The notes: generated by a model from the letters alone, not told the origin. A DNA stretch of 55,414 nucleotides from a virus (IMGVR_UViG_3300020733_000020:1-55414); one strand, 5' to 3'; shown: positions 45,817-54,555, counted from the first letter of the stretch. Program-made: numbers and translations.

Positions 45817-46699
45817 AATTATAGAACAAGATATTATCTTTCTCAGCTATGATGAACCAAATGCTGAAAAAAATTATGCAGACTTGTTGACAAAAGTTCC
45901 TTGGGCTAAACGTGTACACGGAGTTAAAGGTAGTGATGCCGCACATAAAGCCTGTGCCGCACTAAGCGAAACAGAATACTTTGTTACTGTAGATGCTGAC
46001 AATATTGTTGATCCTAAGTTTCTAGAAGTTGAAATAGATTTAGATGAACTAGGACTTACAGAAGAAAATGTGTTTAGCTGGTGCGGTAAAATTCACGTTA
46101 ATGGACTTATGTATGGCAATGGTGGACTTAAATTATGGACTCGAAAATTTGTTAATGAAATGCGAACACATGAAAATGCTCTAGTAGATGATGCTAAAGG
46201 TCGTGTAGAATTTTGCTTTGATGATAGATATTATCAGTTTAACAACAGCTATTCGGAAAGTTTTACCAACGCTACTCCTTTCCAAGCATGGCGAGCAGGA
46301 TTTCGCGAAGGCGTAAAGATGTCATTGGACCAAGGAGTAAAAGTTAACGATATTAAAAAAGTGTGGTGGCAAAACTACCATCGTCTACTAGTATGGTGCT
46401 CAATCGGAGCAGATGTAGAACATGGAATTTGGAGTATACTAGGCGCCAGAGAAGGTTGCTATATGACTATGTTTACAGATTGGGATTACGCCAATGTTCG
46501 TGATTTTGAATGGTTAACTAATCATTGGGAAACTACGCATGAGCAAGCAGAACCTGAAAAGACAACAGAATATCTAAATTTTTTAGGCAAGTGGTTAATG
46601 AAACACAGCGAATTAGAAATTGCCAATTTAGATCCTGCAGGCAGTAAATTCTTTAAAACAGTTTATCAAAATACTCCTAGAGTTTTAAGAAGAAGATAA
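45809..46699 (+). CDS. Glycosyltransferase-like protein (GT-A fold, GT2-like)
   Basis: IIFLSYDEPNA; RVHGVKG...AH; YFVTVDAD (DxD); NGL.YGNGGLKL; AWRAGFREGVK. Confidence 0.65.
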   Translation: MIKIIEQDIIFLSYDEPNAEKNYADLLTKVPWAKRVHGVKGSDAAHKACAALSETEYFVTVDADNIVDPKFLEVEIDLDELGLTEENVFSWCGKIHVNGLMYGNGGLKLWTRKFVNEMRTHENALVDDAKGRVEFCFDDRYYQFNNSYSESFTNATPFQAWRAGFREGVKMSLDQGVKVNDIKKVWWQNYHRLLVWCSIGADVEHGIWSILGAREGCYMTMFTDWDYANVRDFEWLTNHWETTHEQAEPEKTTEYLNFLGKWLMKHSELEIANLDPAGSKFFKTVYQNTPRVLRRR

Positions 46700-47379
46700 T
46701 GTACGATATAGTTTTTATTTCATATAATGAACCAGATGCAGACGAAAACTTTGCCAGTCTAAAAGAACGTTTTCCTCGAGCAAAACGTGTTGACGGAGTT
46801 AAAGGAATACATCAAGCACATATATCCGCGGCAAAGAAATCATTTACTCGAATGTTTTGGGTAGTGGACGGGGATGCAGTTATATTAAATGATTTTAATT
46901 TTGATTATAAAGTTCCAGATGACGAGTTGGATGTAGTCCATGTTTGGCGTAGTATCAATCCTATCAATAATTTAAGTTATGGGTATGGGGGAGTAAAACT
47001 ATTGCCAAAACAGTTGACTATAAACATGGACACTAGTACTACTGATATGACTATGAGTATCAGTAATAAATTTAAAGCAATGGATACAGTAAGTAATATT
47101 ACAGCATTTAATACTGATGAATTTAGTACATGGCGATCAGCTTTTAGAGAATGTTGTAAACTTGCAGTAATTAATAATGAAGAATCATTGGCTAGATTAT
47201 ATTTCTGGTGTAAGCTAAATCAACATGCGCCATTTGGTGGATATGCTTATATGGGTGCTATCCAAGGTCGAGAATACGGTGAAAAAAATGCCTCTGACAA
47301 AGAGGCACTTTCTAAGATAAATGATTTTATTTGGCTAAAAGATCGTTGGCTAGAGGGAAAACCTGAGCTATTACTTTAG
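46699..47379 (+). CDS. Glycosyltransferase-like protein (GT-A fold), paralogue of the upstream gene
   Basis: IVFISYNEP.A; RVDGVKGIHQAH; FWVVDGD (DxD); YGYGGVKL; WRSAFRECCK. Confidence 0.65.
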   Translation: MYDIVFISYNEPDADENFASLKERFPRAKRVDGVKGIHQAHISAAKKSFTRMFWVVDGDAVILNDFNFDYKVPDDELDVVHVWRSINPINNLSYGYGGVKLLPKQLTINMDTSTTDMTMSISNKFKAMDTVSNITAFNTDEFSTWRSAFRECCKLAVINNEESLARLYFWCKLNQHAPFGGYAYMGAIQGREYGEKNASDKEALSKINDFIWLKDRWLEGKPELLL

Positions 47380-48013
47380 CACATGCAATAGCAACTTCTT
47401 GATGCTCTTTCTGTGTGCCATTTGCACTACGTAGTTCTATAAAATGAATCCAACTACGTAGTGTTCCATTCATATAAATTCTACTTTCAATTAGGCCTTC
47501 TGGTAGTACAGCACGAGCTTGTTCTTTGGCAATACCTTTACTAACGGCCCATTCGTATGCTTCTCGACTTTGTTTAATAACTAACTCTTGCATACGTTCC
47601 CATTGATATGCTAAAAAACGATCTTCATCGTTATTATGAATATCGAGTTCTATACTGTTTTGTCTATTTTTTGTATCTTGGCGTCGTGCATCTCGCAATA
47701 CAAACGACAAGTCTTTAGTAGGGTCAGCATATCGCTGACTGAATTCTTGGAAACTAAAACTTCTGTGTCTGAGGATTTGTCGGGCAATATCTCTTGTTGT
47801 GGTAATTTCGATACAGGCTGAGACCATTTCAAGTGGGCTCCAGTGCTGATGTTTGATGAGGTATTGTATGAGCTTTGCTGATGTTTCGGTGTTAAATTGA
47901 TTGCTGGGATTGCTGACACGGGCGCAATACGCAATGAGTTCTTGTGCGTCTGAGATACCCATCGATGCAAATTCTTCTGTTGGTTGAGAGTAACTAAGTA
48001 ATCTAACATTCAT
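47327..48013 (-). CDS. thyX: FAD-dependent thymidylate synthase
   Basis: Signature RHRSFSFQEFSQRY; ARVS; HWSPLE; EQARAVLP; Q.EH. Confidence 0.96.
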   Translation of the reverse strand: MNVRLLSYSQPTEEFASMGISDAQELIAYCARVSNPSNQFNTETSAKLIQYLIKHQHWSPLEMVSACIEITTTRDIARQILRHRSFSFQEFSQRYADPTKDLSFVLRDARRQDTKNRQNSIELDIHNNDEDRFLAYQWERMQELVIKQSREAYEWAVSKGIAKEQARAVLPEGLIESRIYMNGTLRSWIHFIELRSANGTQKEHQEVAIACAKVIAQVFPLANDLLAK

Positions 48014-48016
48014 TAT

Positions 48017-48337
48017 TTATAACTTCTTTTTCTTTAAAAATTGTTGTGTTGATTTTTCCATATCTTTACGAATACGATCCGTATCTAATTTAAAATCAAC
48101 GTCACTAATGTTGTCTTCATAACTTCTACAAATTTCTGCTAGATTCTTTTCAAAAGAACGCCAACCTTCACGACGAGTTTTTGCTGTTATTTTAATTTCC
48201 CAAATCTTGCCATCTTTAAAATTGACCAGAACGGTATGGAGATACCTAAGAGGTAACACATTGAGTTTTACCTCACTAAACACTTCTGGCCATTTTGCAA
48301 CAACGTCTTTGGGAAGATGTCTTCCCGATTTTGTCAC
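48017..48337 (-). CDS. Hypothetical protein
   Basis: 106-aa ORF in a tightly packed minus-strand operon, GTGA overlap with the upstream gene. Confidence 0.7.
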   Translation of the reverse strand: MTKSGRHLPKDVVAKWPEVFSEVKLNVLPLRYLHTVLVNFKDGKIWEIKITAKTRREGWRSFEKNLAEICRSYEDNISDVDFKLDTDRIRKDMEKSTQQFLKKKKL

Positions 48338-48957
48338 GCTGTATCTTTTGCCTTCTTCTTAACAGTAGGAACTAATTCCTCTGCCTTACGACGCATTGCG
48401 GCAGCTTCTTTGGCTAGTTTGTCAGCTTGACTACGGAAGAATTTTGCCTGCTCTTCTGGAGTACCAGTTGGCGCAGTAACAGTTACTTCTGCTGTTTTGG
48501 CTGTTTCTTTTGTAGCTACAGGATCGGCAGGTGCTTTAGACAAATCAGCATCCTTGCTTGGTGTGCTAGGATCTTTCATCGCCAAATCATCTACTGCTAC
48601 TCCACGCTGTTCGGCAATAATTTGATTAAGTTCTGACAACAAAATTGAATAACCTGGTGTAGGTGTCATTTCAATATCACTTGTTGGTGCCTTAATCAAA
48701 CGACCTGAAGCATGTAAACTTGGTAGCATTGTAGCGCCATCTGGGAATTGTGTACGTGCTAGTGCATCTGCAAACTCGTATGAGTCTTGTCCACTTCCGC
48801 TTTCTACCAAATTGATTAATGCATCATGATAGATATCTGGCAAATTTTCTGTTGGAATAATTAGGCAACTATATGCATCGCCTGGCAGTGTACGATAAGC
48901 TACTAAACACTTTTTGTTAGTGGCCTTAACACGGGCCACATGTTTAAGTTCGGCCAT
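48334..48957 (-). CDS. Hypothetical protein with a C-terminal linker and basic helix
   Basis: 207-aa ORF with a GGAG SD. Confidence 0.8.
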   Translation of the reverse strand: MAELKHVARVKATNKKCLVAYRTLPGDAYSCLIIPTENLPDIYHDALINLVESGSGQDSYEFADALARTQFPDGATMLPSLHASGRLIKAPTSDIEMTPTPGYSILLSELNQIIAEQRGVAVDDLAMKDPSTPSKDADLSKAPADPVATKETAKTAEVTVTAPTGTPEEQAKFFRSQADKLAKEAAAMRRKAEELVPTVKKKAKDTA

Positions 48958-48958
48958 A

Positions 48959-49213
48959 TTAAGCTCCTGCTACAGTCTGTGCGGCGGCTGTTTGATCTGG
49001 TGTTCCTGCTGGTTGTTGTTTAGCAACAGCATCTAAGAATGTTGTTAGTTTGGTATAAGTTTGTCCAACTGCTACCATTTCGTTTGGTTTAAATGCACCG
49101 CGTGAGCTAGCAATATCAATGATAACTTTTAATGCGTTCAAATCATTAATAGTAAGATCTGTGCTAGAAGCATTTGGATCTTGTTGTGGTGCTTGTTGAG
49201 TTGTATCAGTCAT
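48959..49213 (-). CDS. Hypothetical protein
   Basis: 84-aa ORF with an AAGGAG SD. Confidence 0.8.
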   Translation of the reverse strand: MTDTTQQAPQQDPNASSTDLTINDLNALKVIIDIASSRGAFKPNEMVAVGQTYTKLTTFLDAVAKQQPAGTPDQTAAAQTVAGA

Positions 49214-49246
49214 GGTATCTCCTTAATATAATCTGTACGTACTTAA

Positions 49247-49534
49247 TTATCTCTGTAATAAAAGTGGACAGGCAATCGTGAAAAAACTTAATTCCTTTTC
49301 ACTTTCAAAACCAATAATAGTATTATACACAATAGTATTGGTGTTGTCTAATGCAAGGCTCTGTCCGATATAGTACCTATTATTTAAGTTATGGCGTATC
49401 CATTGATCTAAACTCTTGAGCAGTGATGGATTGTATTTGTCTATAGTTGTATATTTAAAATGCGGACAGGCAAACTCAACCCTCCGCAAGTTAAAATAAT
49501 TTAGAGGATTGGGCTTGCCAGTCTTTAGTGCCAT
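49247..49534 (-). CDS. Hypothetical protein
   Basis: Start moved to the ATG at 49534 (MALKTGKPNPLNYF...), just after the upstream stop; the ORF-track extension to 49696 overlaps the vWA gene. Confidence 0.7.
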   Translation of the reverse strand: MALKTGKPNPLNYFNLRRVEFACPHFKYTTIDKYNPSLLKSLDQWIRHNLNNRYYIGQSLALDNTNTIVYNTIIGFESEKELSFFTIACPLLLQR

Positions 49535-49535
49535 A

Positions 49536-50720
49536 TTATGCTGTTGCTTTTGCAAACTCGTAATAAGCGTACTCACCAAATGGAGGAACAATCTTATCAT
49601 TGCCGTGGATGATGAATACTGTATCACAGTAATTTTCGTCACCCCAGCTACCCCAAGGATAACCATCTGTAAACATAATGAACTTTTTAGGTTCAATATC
49701 GTTTTCTTTCATGTAATCCCAGTTTACATCAAACTCAGTACCGCCACCACCCATTGGTTCGTACTCATCGAACTCGTCCATTGTGTAGCCGTCATAATCT
49801 TGCTCGTTATAAACTTTAGTATCAAAACACCATACTTTAATTTTAAAGTCTTGATATTCTTGCATAATGCCCTTGATCTCTGACAAGAAATCTTTGGCTT
49901 GTTCATCACCAATTGAACCAGACATGTCAATTGCTACACAAATATCAATTGTTTCTTTAAATTGTGTACCTGGCAATACTGCATTCATGTGCCAACCTTT
50001 ACGGTTAGGACGCATAAAAGTATAGTCATTTTTAATAACACTTTGGATTTGTTGACGCAAAATATCACGCCAATTCATCTTAGGTTCTGTTAATTCTTTA
50101 ATCATGCGTTGTACGCTTGCAGGAGTGTTACCAGCACCTGCGGCTTGTGCCGCTTGAATTGTTGCTTCGCGAATTTCGTCACGAATTTCTTTTAACTGTT
50201 CCTTAGTATAACTTGGACGACCATCTTTGCCTTCTTTTTCCCAGTCAATATGCTCGTCAAGTAATTGACCAAGTTGTTTCAATTGTTCTTCATCCATTTC
50301 ATCATAAATCTTGTCATAGATTTCTTCAGCACCCATACCATAGTACTTGCTGTCATGAAAGATTTTGATATCTGGAATATTGTGATCGCCGATATGATCG
50401 CGAACTAATTGTCCATTAACTGTATAGTCACAGGCAATGTTAAAGATTTGAGCATCACGTCCTTCGCGACGTGTCATATGATCAAATACATTATGCAAGA
50501 TTTCGTGTGCAATGACAAACTCTACTTGTTTAACTGTAAGTTTCTCAAAAAATTCACGGCAAAAATAAATGTGACGTCCGTCTGTTGCGGCAGTTGGCAA
50601 CCATTTTTCTGCTTCCTGTATTTTCAAACGTGTAGCCATGTTGCCAAAAAACGGATGTTTTAATAGCAATGCAACACGAGCTACGATAATCTTGTCTATG
50701 ACTGGATCTGAATGTGACAT
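49536..50720 (-). CDS. Metallopeptidase-like plus vWA domain protein (DUF2201-like)
   Basis: TAATDG; HExxH motif (HEILH); NIACD..VN; vWA MIDAS motif DMSGS, GGGGT, FTDG. True start is the ATG at 50720 with an AGGAG SD. Confidence 0.88.
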   Translation of the reverse strand: MSHSDPVIDKIIVARVALLLKHPFFGNMATRLKIQEAEKWLPTAATDGRHIYFCREFFEKLTVKQVEFVIAHEILHNVFDHMTRREGRDAQIFNIACDYTVNGQLVRDHIGDHNIPDIKIFHDSKYYGMGAEEIYDKIYDEMDEEQLKQLGQLLDEHIDWEKEGKDGRPSYTKEQLKEIRDEIREATIQAAQAAGAGNTPASVQRMIKELTEPKMNWRDILRQQIQSVIKNDYTFMRPNRKGWHMNAVLPGTQFKETIDICVAIDMSGSIGDEQAKDFLSEIKGIMQEYQDFKIKVWCFDTKVYNEQDYDGYTMDEFDEYEPMGGGGTEFDVNWDYMKENDIEPKKFIMFTDGYPWGSWGDENYCDTVFIIHGNDKIVPPFGEYAYYEFAKATA

Positions 50721-50751
50721 ACTTGCTCCTGAATGTTTACTGTATGTATAT

Positions 50752-50780
50752 ATTATAACACCTCCCGTAGGAGGTGTCAA
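50752..50780 (-). promoter_or_regulatory. Perfect sigma70 promoter containing a hairpin
   Basis: Minus strand TTGACA-17-TATAAT; ACACCTCC-TACG-GGAGGTGT spans 50758-50777. Confidence 0.8.
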
Positions 50781-50796
50781 TTGGTACTAAGCCAAA

Positions 50797-51888
50797 TTAC
50801 TTCTCAGTTGCGGCGCTAATGTACTTACCAAACTTAGCATGGAAGTCATCAAAGCACTTAATTTCATCTGGATCCAACGGCAACTTGTATTGGCTAAGGG
50901 CAATTTTAGTACCCATAATAACCAATTCTGTTTCAAAATTGTCCATAATGAACTGGAAGAAGTTGTTGACTTGATCGTTCCAGTTTTTGGCTTTCTTATC
51001 GCAGGAGTTTTTAAGCTCGTAGCACAAAGACACAGTCAAAGAGTACATTGCTGAAATCTCTTTTGAATCCATCTTTTTAACCTTACCACTCAAAATATCT
51101 GAAGGATTAGGCATCTTAGATGCATGTTTACGGTGTGCCATAAACTTAATAGCCAAACCTTCACCAACTGAACCACTAACTAGATCAGTCAGTGTTTCGT
51201 TATCAACATCGTCGTCTGTAAGCAATTCGCTTACAAATGACCAAGAGCGTGGTGTAGCAAAAGAACGTGAGCTGGACTTTGGATCAAAATCGTACAAGTC
51301 CTTTTTACTAAAAGTAAGATAACCAATAACATCTGGATGCACGTTATTGTCAACAGCCCACTCAAAGTAGTCATCCCAATCAACAGCCATTTCTAAGTGA
51401 ACGAAACGGTTTGCCAATGGGCTAGGCATACGATAGCTAACACCTTTGTCAGTTTCACGGTTACCAGCGGCAACCATTACTACGTTATCTGGCAATTCGT
51501 ATGTACCAACTTTGCGGTTAAGCACTAGTTGATAAGCCGCCGCCTGTACGCTAGGAGCCGCCGAATTAAGCTCGTCCATGAACAAGATAATTTGTTTGTG
51601 ATTTTTTGCAAATTCTGCGCTTGGCAATTCTGAAGGAGGAGCCCAACGCATTGTGCCTTCGTTGGCATCAAAGTATGGAATACCTTTAATATCTGTAGGT
51701 TCCCAAAGGCTCAAACGAACATCGATTACATGAGCATCGAGCTCTGAACCAAGTTGTTTAATAATATCTGACTTGCCAATACCGGGAGGACCCCAAATAA
51801 AGATCGGACGCTTACTATTAAACGCCTTACGCAAAGACTTTTTAGCGCCTTTTGGGCCTACTGTACGGGTTACTAGCTCTTTTGACAT
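50797..51888 (-). CDS. MoxR-like AAA+ ATPase
   Basis: Walker A GPPGIGKS; Walker B LFMDE; AAGNR; LANRF; TPRSW; adjacent to a vWA partner. Confidence 0.9.
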   Translation of the reverse strand: MSKELVTRTVGPKGAKKSLRKAFNSKRPIFIWGPPGIGKSDIIKQLGSELDAHVIDVRLSLWEPTDIKGIPYFDANEGTMRWAPPSELPSAEFAKNHKQIILFMDELNSAAPSVQAAAYQLVLNRKVGTYELPDNVVMVAAGNRETDKGVSYRMPSPLANRFVHLEMAVDWDDYFEWAVDNNVHPDVIGYLTFSKKDLYDFDPKSSSRSFATPRSWSFVSELLTDDDVDNETLTDLVSGSVGEGLAIKFMAHRKHASKMPNPSDILSGKVKKMDSKEISAMYSLTVSLCYELKNSCDKKAKNWNDQVNNFFQFIMDNFETELVIMGTKIALSQYKLPLDPDEIKCFDDFHAKFGKYISAATEK

Positions 51889-51940
51889 TGTGTTTCCTAT
51901 CTTAAGTTGAAGTGAACTAAATTTGTTACGCTATGTAAGT

Positions 51941-51969
51941 ATTATACAGTCAACTTGTAGGAATGTCAA
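51941..51969 (-). promoter_or_regulatory. Perfect sigma70 (early) promoter
   Basis: Minus strand TTGACA (51969-51964), 17 nt, TATAAT (51946-51941). Confidence 0.85.
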
Positions 51970-52364
51970 TCCTGATTCATCTCTTTTTCACGCTCATTCA
52001 TGGCTTTAATTAAGCCAAATTTTCTGATGTCGTCACTAAACAACATTAGCTCAAAATTCTTGCGTTCATTGAAAACAGTTATAGACATTGGAGTAAGGTA
52101 ATATGGGCAGTCTACATACCTTTCCAAAAATATGATAGTTTGAGGACTGAGTTCAATTGGTTCAGTAAATGGAATTTCGTAGGCGGCCAAATCCAATTCT
52201 TTAACCAAAAATTCATAACCTTCGTCAGTCAAACGAAAAGCAGTATCCTTGCCTGCTCGATTTGATTGCCACCATTTTCTAGAATGTATTTTTACATTAG
52301 CATCGTCTATGCTCTTGCCCCATTGTTGTAAAAATATTTTGGTTAAAACTTCTTGTGTTATCAT
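51966..52364 (-). CDS. Hypothetical protein
   Basis: 132-aa ORF with an ATGA overlap; RLTDEG motif is weakly suggestive of a winged helix. Confidence 0.75.
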   Translation of the reverse strand: MITQEVLTKIFLQQWGKSIDDANVKIHSRKWWQSNRAGKDTAFRLTDEGYEFLVKELDLAAYEIPFTEPIELSPQTIIFLERYVDCPYYLTPMSITVFNERKNFELMLFSDDIRKFGLIKAMNEREKEMNQD

Positions 52365-52645
52365 TTAACTATAGTGCCTTGGGTCAGCATAACGACTTGA
52401 AAGTCTTCTGTGCCAAATTGCAAATTCAATTTCTTTGCCAAATTACGTGCATGGCCAGGATTTGAGAAAGAAACTTTTTTATACTTTGGACCTGGATAAC
52501 TAGTTAGACTATTAAACGATTTTAAATTAAATGGCTCGTTTTTATAGAATACAGCCCAAATGGCATCAGCCTCCAAAATCTGCTCAGCCTTGTAGGTCTT
52601 CTTATTAGTGTACTCTAATAGTACTTTAGGTTTTGGTCGACTCAT
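52361..52645 (-). CDS. Hypothetical protein
   Basis: MSRPKPKVLLE... start at 52645 follows GAGG; a GATAAATA motif lies upstream at 52682-52675. Confidence 0.75.
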   Translation of the reverse strand: MSRPKPKVLLEYTNKKTYKAEQILEADAIWAVFYKNEPFNLKSFNSLTSYPGPKYKKVSFSNPGHARNLAKKLNLQFGTEDFQVVMLTQGTIVK

Positions 52646-52680
52646 AATATGCATACCTCAGATATATACGCATATATTTA

Positions 52681-53259
52681 TCAATAAATTGAATCAATTT
52701 CGACATCGGTATTCATATTCCAAGAGATAATAGTTTTAGGTTTATTGCTAAAATTTATAGGTGCTCTATGAATTATGAAACTAGGAAATGTTAAAATATC
52801 GCCTTCTTTAACATCAAGTTCAAATACTTCTTCTTGATTCATTGGATTTTTTAATTGTGTTTTTGGACTACCTGGAGGTAAATCTAAATAATACACGTTA
52901 GTCCAGTTGCTTGAATGTACATGCCAGTCGTGTTTAGAATTAGTGTAATATTGTTGAAACCATATTTCGTTTATTACAAATTTTTTATAACCTAACACGT
53001 TAATAAACTTAGTCAAATAATTCATTAGTTCTGGTTGTAAAATCTTCAACCATTCTTTTTCAGAATCGAGTTTTGAAGTATTCCAATCAGATCGTGTTAT
53101 GTCAGTTAACCCAGTTTTATCCACTACTCTATTAAATTCTTTTTGAGAATTTATAGCGTTTAAAATCAAAGGTTTTAAACTTGCATGAGAATCAAAATGC
53201 CCAACTACACACGGGCATTCTATTTTACTTATTTTCAAACCCACCACCATCGATTTCAA
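52681..53259 (-). CDS. 2OG-Fe(II) oxygenase-like (cupin) protein
   Basis: WFQQY...HDWHVH...VYYL...EGDIL.FPS.I.H...K.IISWN. Start codon uncertain. Confidence 0.7.
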   Translation of the reverse strand: MKSMVVGLKISKIECPCVVGHFDSHASLKPLILNAINSQKEFNRVVDKTGLTDITRSDWNTSKLDSEKEWLKILQPELMNYLTKFINVLGYKKFVINEIWFQQYYTNSKHDWHVHSSNWTNVYYLDLPPGSPKTQLKNPMNQEEVFELDVKEGDILTFPSFIIHRAPINFSNKPKTIISWNMNTDVEIDSIY

Positions 53260-53470
53260 TTTGTACTTCTTCTTGGCTTACATATCCTTTTAGACTATTA
53301 AACATTGTTTCGTAGTCTTGATGCACTTTATCTTGTATTTCAAGTAGTGCTAGGCCAAGTAAACGAGCCTGTTGAATTGTCATTTTTACTTCTTTAGCCT
53401 GTGACAACTCAGCGGCACGTAAAATTTGTGCAAATTGTGATAGTGGTGTTAGATTAATCTGATTTTGCAT
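53225..53470 (-). CDS. Hypothetical protein
   Basis: 81-aa ORF ending ..IEIDGGGF; overlaps its neighbours. Confidence 0.65.
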   Translation of the reverse strand: MQNQINLTPLSQFAQILRAAELSQAKEVKMTIQQARLLGLALLEIQDKVHQDYETMFNSLKGYVSQEEVQIEIDGGGFENK

Positions 53471-53933
53471 TAGCTAGTACCTGCTTCATTTCAAGTTCGT
53501 CTTTAAACGGACCTCGATATTCATTACGTTCTAATGTAATTAATTTAGGACAAAATGATTTAACCCAACCTTTGTTAAATTTGATTGTATAGTATCCTGC
53601 ACAATACAAACTTTTACTGGCATTGCTTTTAGTAAACAATGGTAATTTTTCTTGTACATTGTACATTGGATTGTATGGTTTTGAACTTGTTGGAAATCCG
53701 TGACATTCGTGGACTTCTGGTTCTGTAACTTTAACTTTAGTGCTAGTTAGGAAAAATCCTTCTCCAAACTGTTTAGTTAAGTCTTGTTTTCGATTAAACA
53801 TAACTTCGCCTGTAGTACTACTCAGAACGAATTTGTTGTTTTCTTTTTTGTGAAGTGTTGCAACCTTAGAGCCATCTTGCTCTACGATCCAAAACTTACC
53901 ATCCACAATAGGCTTGGCATGTATCTCTGTCAT
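53454..53933 (-). CDS. Hypothetical protein
   Basis: Start moved to the ATG at 53933 (MTEIHAKPIVDGKFWIVE) with an AAGGAG SD. Confidence 0.78.
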   Translation of the reverse strand: MTEIHAKPIVDGKFWIVEQDGSKVATLHKKENNKFVLSSTTGEVMFNRKQDLTKQFGEGFFLTSTKVKVTEPEVHECHGFPTSSKPYNPMYNVQEKLPLFTKSNASKSLYCAGYYTIKFNKGWVKSFCPKLITLERNEYRGPFKDELEMKQVLANAKSD

Positions 53934-54037
53934 ATTTTTCTCCTTACACCCCGTAGTTTTATTTGGGCATGTTTTTTCGTATACACAATTATTACTAGGC
54001 CCCGAAGGCGCACTAGTAATATACGTATTTATCCCTA

Positions 54038-54541
54038 TCATTCTTCGACAAAGTCCACTACATTGCCGTCAGCATCTGCGCAGATAATACGGACAGTTTC
54101 ACCAGCTTCGTTTTGGATTTCAATTGGCCCCCAAATCCACCATTCGGTGTCATCTTGGCTCCACGGATCTTCTTCACGTTCTTCTAATTCATATGGGCTA
54201 TTTTCGTCGAGAAATTCTTGGATTTCTTCTTCTGCTTCTTCATCTAGTCCTTCGATTTCGATATCATACCAGCAACCTCCATCATCCATGCTAATAAGCT
54301 CAACGCTTTCAATATTGTTAACAGAACAGTCTAACATATTGATGCTGTCTTTCTTGCCGTCGCCTCCGGGCACTTCTGTAAATTCAAACTGCGGTAGGTT
54401 GTCGTCTGTTGTTTCTACAGTCCATGATCCCCAACGGAATCCGTTAGTAACAGTAATTTTACCGTCACCGTTTTGCTGAGTGTATGTTTCAACTTCTTGG
54501 CAAGATTTTTTATAATGTGTACTAACAGTCCATTGGGCCAT
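54038..54541 (-). CDS. Hypothetical acidic protein
   Basis: Start at the ATG at 54541 (MAQWTV) with an AAGGAG SD; very Asp/Glu-rich. Confidence 0.78.
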   Translation of the reverse strand: MAQWTVSTHYKKSCQEVETYTQQNGDGKITVTNGFRWGSWTVETTDDNLPQFEFTEVPGGDGKKDSINMLDCSVNNIESVELISMDDGGCWYDIEIEGLDEEAEEEIQEFLDENSPYELEEREEDPWSQDDTEWWIWGPIEIQNEAGETVRIICADADGNVVDFVEE

Positions 54542-54555
54542 GTTTATCTCCTTAA

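Noticed and set aside
50721-50780. ORF-track N-terminal extension of the vWA gene starting at TTG 50780
   Set aside because: That TTG is the -35 box of a perfect promoter. The ATG at 50720 has an AGGAG SD.
53784-54479. 231-aa plus-strand ORF
   Set aside because: Antisense shadow of two SD-led minus-strand genes; its Ser-rich composition mirrors the Glu/Asp codons opposite.
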